Shown: piece after piece, positions 59,921 to 64,000 of the stretch
Position numbering within the stretch: position 1 is the first letter of the stretch
Layout: each line of letters starts with the position of its first letter
From: Bacteroidota bacterium
Lineage (GTDB): Bacteria > Bacteroidota > Bacteroidia > B-17B0 > Aurantibacillaceae
NCBI GenBank assembly: GCA_032229505.1
Contig: JAVTWD010000030.1
Span: 12,323-76,322 of the forward strand
DNA: 64,000 nucleotides
Direction: 5' to 3'
Translations under genes and position numbers: made by a program
The notes under the pieces: generated by a model
What the model was told of the DNA's origin: nothing
What the model saw: only the letters and a program-made list of their open reading frames with translations
The model's database searches: none

Positions 59921-60973
59921 ATGAAAATTCTAATTACAGGTGGTGCAGGCTTTATAGGTTCACATGTTGTGCGTTTAATGGTAAACAAATATCCAAATTA
60001 TACTATTCATAATTTAGATAAACTAACCTATGCGGGTAACCTTGCTAATCTTACAGATATTGAAAAGAAAGCGAATTATAAATTCATTAAAGGAGATATT
60101 GTTGATGCAAAATTCATAAACGATCTTTTTACAAAAGAAGAATATAATGCCGTAATACATTTAGCGGCAGAAAGTCATGTAGACAGAAGTATTACCAATC
60201 CCTTAGAGTTTGTAATGACAAATGTTATTGGTACTGTAAATCTTTTAAATGCTGCCAAAGAATTGTATAAAAAAGATAACGCAAAGTTTACAAAATTCTA
60301 TCATGTTAGTACCGATGAGGTGTATGGAGCACTGGGTGAAACCGGTATGTTCACCGAAGAAACTTCTTACGATCCACACAGCCCTTATTCCGCTTCTAAA
60401 GCCAGCAGCGATCATTTTGTGCGTGCCTATCACGATACTTATGGTTTGCCGGTTGTTATTTCTAATTGCAGTAATAATTACGGGCCAAATCATTTTCCTG
60501 AAAAATTAATTCCGCTTTGTATCTATAATATCAAAAACAACCGCTCTTTACCAATTTACGGCAAAGGCGAGAACGTTAGAGATTGGTTATTTGTTGAAGA
60601 TCATGCAACAGCTATTGATACCGTTTTTCATAAAGCAAAATTAGGAAGCACTTATAATATTGGTGGCCATAACGAATGGACAAATATTGATGTTATTCGT
60701 TTGCTTTGCAAAGTGATGGATAAAAAATTAAACCGCCCCGAAGGCACAAACGAAAAATTAATAACCTTTGTAAAGGATAGGGCGGGGCATGATCTGCGTT
60801 ATGCTATTGATGCCACTAAATTAAAGAATGACCTTGGCTGGGTACCATCTGTAACCTTTGAACAAGGCCTTGATCGTACCGTTGATTGGTATTTGAATAA
60901 TGAAGAGTGGTTAAATAATGTTACTTCGGGTAATTACGCCAAGTATTACGAAGAGCAATATGAGAAACGCTAA
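59921..60973 (+). CDS. rfbB: dTDP-glucose 4,6-dehydratase
   Basis: GGAGFIGS, DKLTYAGN, AAESHVDRSI, VSTDEVYG, YSASK, NNYGP and GHDLRYAID motifs. Confidence 0.97.
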   Translation: MKILITGGAGFIGSHVVRLMVNKYPNYTIHNLDKLTYAGNLANLTDIEKKANYKFIKGDIVDAKFINDLFTKEEYNAVIHLAAESHVDRSITNPLEFVMTNVIGTVNLLNAAKELYKKDNAKFTKFYHVSTDEVYGALGETGMFTEETSYDPHSPYSASKASSDHFVRAYHDTYGLPVVISNCSNNYGPNHFPEKLIPLCIYNIKNNRSLPIYGKGENVRDWLFVEDHATAIDTVFHKAKLGSTYNIGGHNEWTNIDVIRLLCKVMDKKLNRPEGTNEKLITFVKDRAGHDLRYAIDATKLKNDLGWVPSVTFEQGLDRTVDWYLNNEEWLNNVTSGNYAKYYEEQYEKR

Positions 60974-60977
60974 AAAC

Positions 60978-61020
60978 TAAACAAAAAAGCCTGAACAATT
61001 TGTTCAGGCTTTTTTGTTTA
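60978..61020. terminator. Bidirectional terminator with perfect 21-bp arms
   Basis: TAAACAAAAAAGCCTGAACAA-T-TTGTTCAGGCTTTTTTGTTTA between convergent genes. Confidence 0.82.
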
Positions 61021-61770
61021 CTCCAGCTTCAGCTCATTAAATTTTTCTGGTTTATAAATATCAGGGCTTAGTTCTTTAGGAAATTTAATGTCAAAATAAT
61101 TTTCTATGGTCTCCAGTTTTCCATCGGTTTTAAAAGTAATGGTTTTTGCAACCCAATAATTATTTATCTTTTCATAGTCGCCAAACGTACAATCAGTAAT
61201 AGAGTTCTTCCTTCCATAAATTATTTTGTGAAGATAAAGGCGCTCAGCATCTATCCAAAATTGTTTGCTAGTACTATCGTTCTTTTGTGCTCCAACTACA
61301 ATTACTTTTTTTCCGTCAAAAATATCTTCACGCACTAATTTTAAATTAAATCCTAACGAATCAAAAAGGTGTGCTGTTTGTTGAGGTTTTAAAAAATAAA
61401 CATCAAAGCCTCCCAATAAAAGCTCATGTGTCTTTGGTTTTGAAAAAGGTTCTTTTCCTTCGGTAAAGCCATATACTTTTTGATCTGTAAACAAAATTCC
61501 GTTCTTCGAATCTTTGGTGTTGAACTTGATCACTAAATTACCCGGAAATGTTCCGGCTTCATGCCAGATCTCCATTTTTTCTTCTTTACCGTCTTTTATA
61601 AAGTGGGTTTCCTGGCTAAATGTAAAATGCTTGTACCATTTTTTGCCGCCATCATAAGCTTTGTACATGGCTTCTATTACCGCATTACCATCTTTATAGC
61701 TTGTTTTCTTTTGTGCAAGAAAATTCGGCACCTCAATTAAAAATAAAATTAAAAAAATTAAGTTCTTCAT
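61018..61770 (-). CDS. Hypothetical exported protein (possible LolA-like fold)
   Basis: Signal peptide ending LA-Q, beta-rich sequence and QFWIDAERL motif. Confidence 0.6.
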   Translation of the reverse strand: MKNLIFLILFLIEVPNFLAQKKTSYKDGNAVIEAMYKAYDGGKKWYKHFTFSQETHFIKDGKEEKMEIWHEAGTFPGNLVIKFNTKDSKNGILFTDQKVYGFTEGKEPFSKPKTHELLLGGFDVYFLKPQQTAHLFDSLGFNLKLVREDIFDGKKVIVVGAQKNDSTSKQFWIDAERLYLHKIIYGRKNSITDCTFGDYEKINNYWVAKTITFKTDGKLETIENYFDIKFPKELSPDIYKPEKFNELKLE

Positions 61771-61783
61771 GATAAACTAAAAT

Positions 61784-61815
61784 AAAAAAGCAGGTACTGT
61801 AAACAATACCTGCTT
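61784..61815 (-). terminator. Intrinsic terminator after the M43 peptidase
   Basis: AAGCAGGTA / TACCTGCTT stem. The A run gives a U tail on the minus strand. Confidence 0.6.
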
Positions 61816-61834
61816 CTAAAATTAAAAATTCAAA

Positions 61835-63952
61835 TTAATTAATAATAACTTTTTTGGTCATTTTAATACCATTCATTTCAAAGTTTAAGAAATAAATGCC
61901 CTGAGCCAGTTTATTGTTTTCATTAATTTTTATTTCATGTGCTCCTGCAGAAAAATCTTTTGCGGCAACATTTAAAATAGTAGCACCGGTAACCGAAGTT
62001 AATTTATAAGAAACGTTTGCTTCATTAGATAAATTAAATTTAAGGTTGAAAGCATAATTTGTTGGATTTGGATACACGGTTAACCCAATAGCCTGTGTTA
62101 ATTCGTTAATACCGTTTGGTGTATCAAAATTTATCTCATCTAAAAACATCCTGTTTCCATTTCCTGTTCCGCCAACATCTTCTTTAAAATAAAAACGAAT
62201 TAAAACGTTGTTATAGTTTAAGAAGTTTACAAAGTTTGGATGTGCAGTTAGATCGTATTGTATCCAAGAAGAAGCTGAAGGTGTAAATAGAGTGCTGCTT
62301 GTGCCTCCCGATCCGGCGGCTAAAGCTGCAGTTGTTGGTACCCAAATATCACTCCATGTACCACCACAATCTTTACTTGCCTGTACTTTAAACTGATCTT
62401 TATTATTAGCATCAAATCTTGCATAAGCATATTTAAACGTATACAAGGCGCCCTGGTTATTTAAAAAATCATATAAGGGACTTTCTAAAATTGCTTCGGC
62501 ATTTGCAGGAAAAGTTTCTGCCTGAACAAACATAGATTGTACACCATTAGATCCGCTCAAATTAGTAATATCCCATTTATAGGTAGGATTGGTTGGTGAA
62601 ATCAATGACCAGAAATTTGGAAGTGTTGCAGCTTCAAAACTTTCTGAATTTGCAGAAGTTATTTCAGTAACACCATTTAAAACTGTAACAACAATTGTTT
62701 GATTATTGCTACCGCTTGATGTAGAAGCAACGCAATTAACAGTAACGGTACCAACAGTATTAAATGTTGCAGTTGTTGCAGGAGCAGATGAATTAGCAAA
62801 AACTACGCCACTTCCGGCAGTCCATAAAAAACTGCTTGGTGTAGCATTGGATGTAAAAGAAACCAATGATAATGTAGCACCAGAACAAACCGTAGTTGAT
62901 GGCAAGGCAGAAATATTTATGAAAGGAATACAATTTGTGGTAGTAGTTGTAACACCTGTAGCTAATAAATTTGCTGGTGTAGAAAGATTGTTTCTTTGAG
63001 CGGTTGCACTATTTAGCGCGTTGTTCATACGTACTGCTTGACCAGTGGTAAACATTCTTGAGCAATAAGAGTAATCCATATAATTCTGAACATTTTCTGT
63101 AATACCGGGAGTACAGATAATTGCATTGGTTAATGCGCAGGTAGAAAAACCTTTTGTTACCGGTGTATCACTTACTCCTTCATCACCACAGGCTACACCG
63201 GGTTGATTAGTGCCACCCCAAACATGCGGTAAATTTAGCCAGTGACCAACTTCATGTGTTAAAGCCCTAGATGTACCAACGTTTCCGGTACCAATACTAC
63301 CTACATAATTGCTTAAAATTACAATGGCATCAACAGCAGCCGGAACTCCCGATCCAGGAAGATAAGTATATCCCGCAGCACCACTGGCAATAGTTTTTAC
63401 TACATAAACATTAAGGTATTTTGCACGAGGCCATGAGTAGATATAATCACCAAAACCTGATGTCCAGGCTGTTTTAGGATCCCAGTGTCTGATAATACCA
63501 TTGGTGCAATTACCATTCGGATCGATAGTCGCTAATTCAAACTGAACTTTTGGGTTACCAATATTGTTGGTAAATTGTGGTACAACCACAGATGTATCTG
63601 CATTTAATCTATTGTAATCGCGTGATAAGATCTTAACTGCATCTATTACCTGTGCATCAGTAATGTTTTCTGTACCGCCCTGGTGTAAAATATGAAATAC
63701 AACGGGTATAGTATAAATAGGGGCTGCAGCAGTTGAAGCACTTTTTTGTAAAAGGCTGCTTTGTTTATAGCCTGTTTTGTATTGTTCTTTATCCAGGTCG
63801 CTCGCTTCTTGTTGCAGTTTATCAAACTGCGCCTTTAACTCAGGATGTTTTGCAAACCACTCATTTTGTGCTTCTGTAGAGCCACAAAGATGGGATTGAC
63901 CAAAAAAATTTGCGGCAAAAAGCATTGCGGCAGAAAGTAAAAATATACGCAT
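61835..63952 (-). CDS. M43 (pappalysin/ulilysin-like) zinc metalloprotease with T9SS C-terminal domain
   Basis: Cys-switch HLCGS, IPVVFH, YLNVYV, HEVGHWLNLPH, Met-turn NYMDYS and CTD VYPNP. The likely start is MRIFLL at 63952. Confidence 0.92.
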   Translation of the reverse strand: MRIFLLSAAMLFAANFFGQSHLCGSTEAQNEWFAKHPELKAQFDKLQQEASDLDKEQYKTGYKQSSLLQKSASTAAAPIYTIPVVFHILHQGGTENITDAQVIDAVKILSRDYNRLNADTSVVVPQFTNNIGNPKVQFELATIDPNGNCTNGIIRHWDPKTAWTSGFGDYIYSWPRAKYLNVYVVKTIASGAAGYTYLPGSGVPAAVDAIVILSNYVGSIGTGNVGTSRALTHEVGHWLNLPHVWGGTNQPGVACGDEGVSDTPVTKGFSTCALTNAIICTPGITENVQNYMDYSYCSRMFTTGQAVRMNNALNSATAQRNNLSTPANLLATGVTTTTTNCIPFINISALPSTTVCSGATLSLVSFTSNATPSSFLWTAGSGVVFANSSAPATTATFNTVGTVTVNCVASTSSGSNNQTIVVTVLNGVTEITSANSESFEAATLPNFWSLISPTNPTYKWDITNLSGSNGVQSMFVQAETFPANAEAILESPLYDFLNNQGALYTFKYAYARFDANNKDQFKVQASKDCGGTWSDIWVPTTAALAAGSGGTSSTLFTPSASSWIQYDLTAHPNFVNFLNYNNVLIRFYFKEDVGGTGNGNRMFLDEINFDTPNGINELTQAIGLTVYPNPTNYAFNLKFNLSNEANVSYKLTSVTGATILNVAAKDFSAGAHEIKINENNKLAQGIYFLNFEMNGIKMTKKVIIN

Positions 63953-64000
63953 GATCTTAGGTTGTTTATATTTAATGAAGGTAGTAAAAAAAAACATTGG

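Overview
This is an AT-rich chromosomal window from a Bacteroidota organism, judged from gldB, several T9SS-secreted proteins and TAnnTTTG promoters. It is mostly housekeeping and secretome genes: rsmG, lysC, secG, lptE, miaB, topA, accBC, methylmalonyl-CoA mutase, trxA, rfbB, a gingipain-like C25 protease, an M43 protease and alpha-2-macroglobulin. I saw no rRNA, tRNA, CRISPR array, integrase or transposase. Four things stand out. (1) A probable horizontally acquired island at about 27.3-33.5 kb. It carries a translationally coupled operon of a C5 DNA methyltransferase, a MORC-like GHKL ATPase fused to a histidine kinase, and a receiver domain fused to a helical domain with an Rx4H HEPN-like motif. 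No restriction endonuclease is present, and an NYN nuclease lies nearby. This is a candidate phosphorelay-gated defence system. (2) A dispersed, modular, highly structured non-coding element in three full copies and one partial copy, always between convergent genes. It shows a covarying H-type pseudoknot, covarying long stems, shuffled internal modules and a 47-nt invariant end. (3) Four tandem paralogs with an N-terminal four-Cys domain placed before an internal signal peptide, alternating SPI and lipoprotein types. They are preceded by two 11-bp-phased repeat arrays. (4) An ArsR-SRPBCC operon with clear operators that includes a rifampin ADP-ribosyltransferase with an extra N-terminal helical domain. 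All calls come from motif reading by eye; no searches or folding programs were run.
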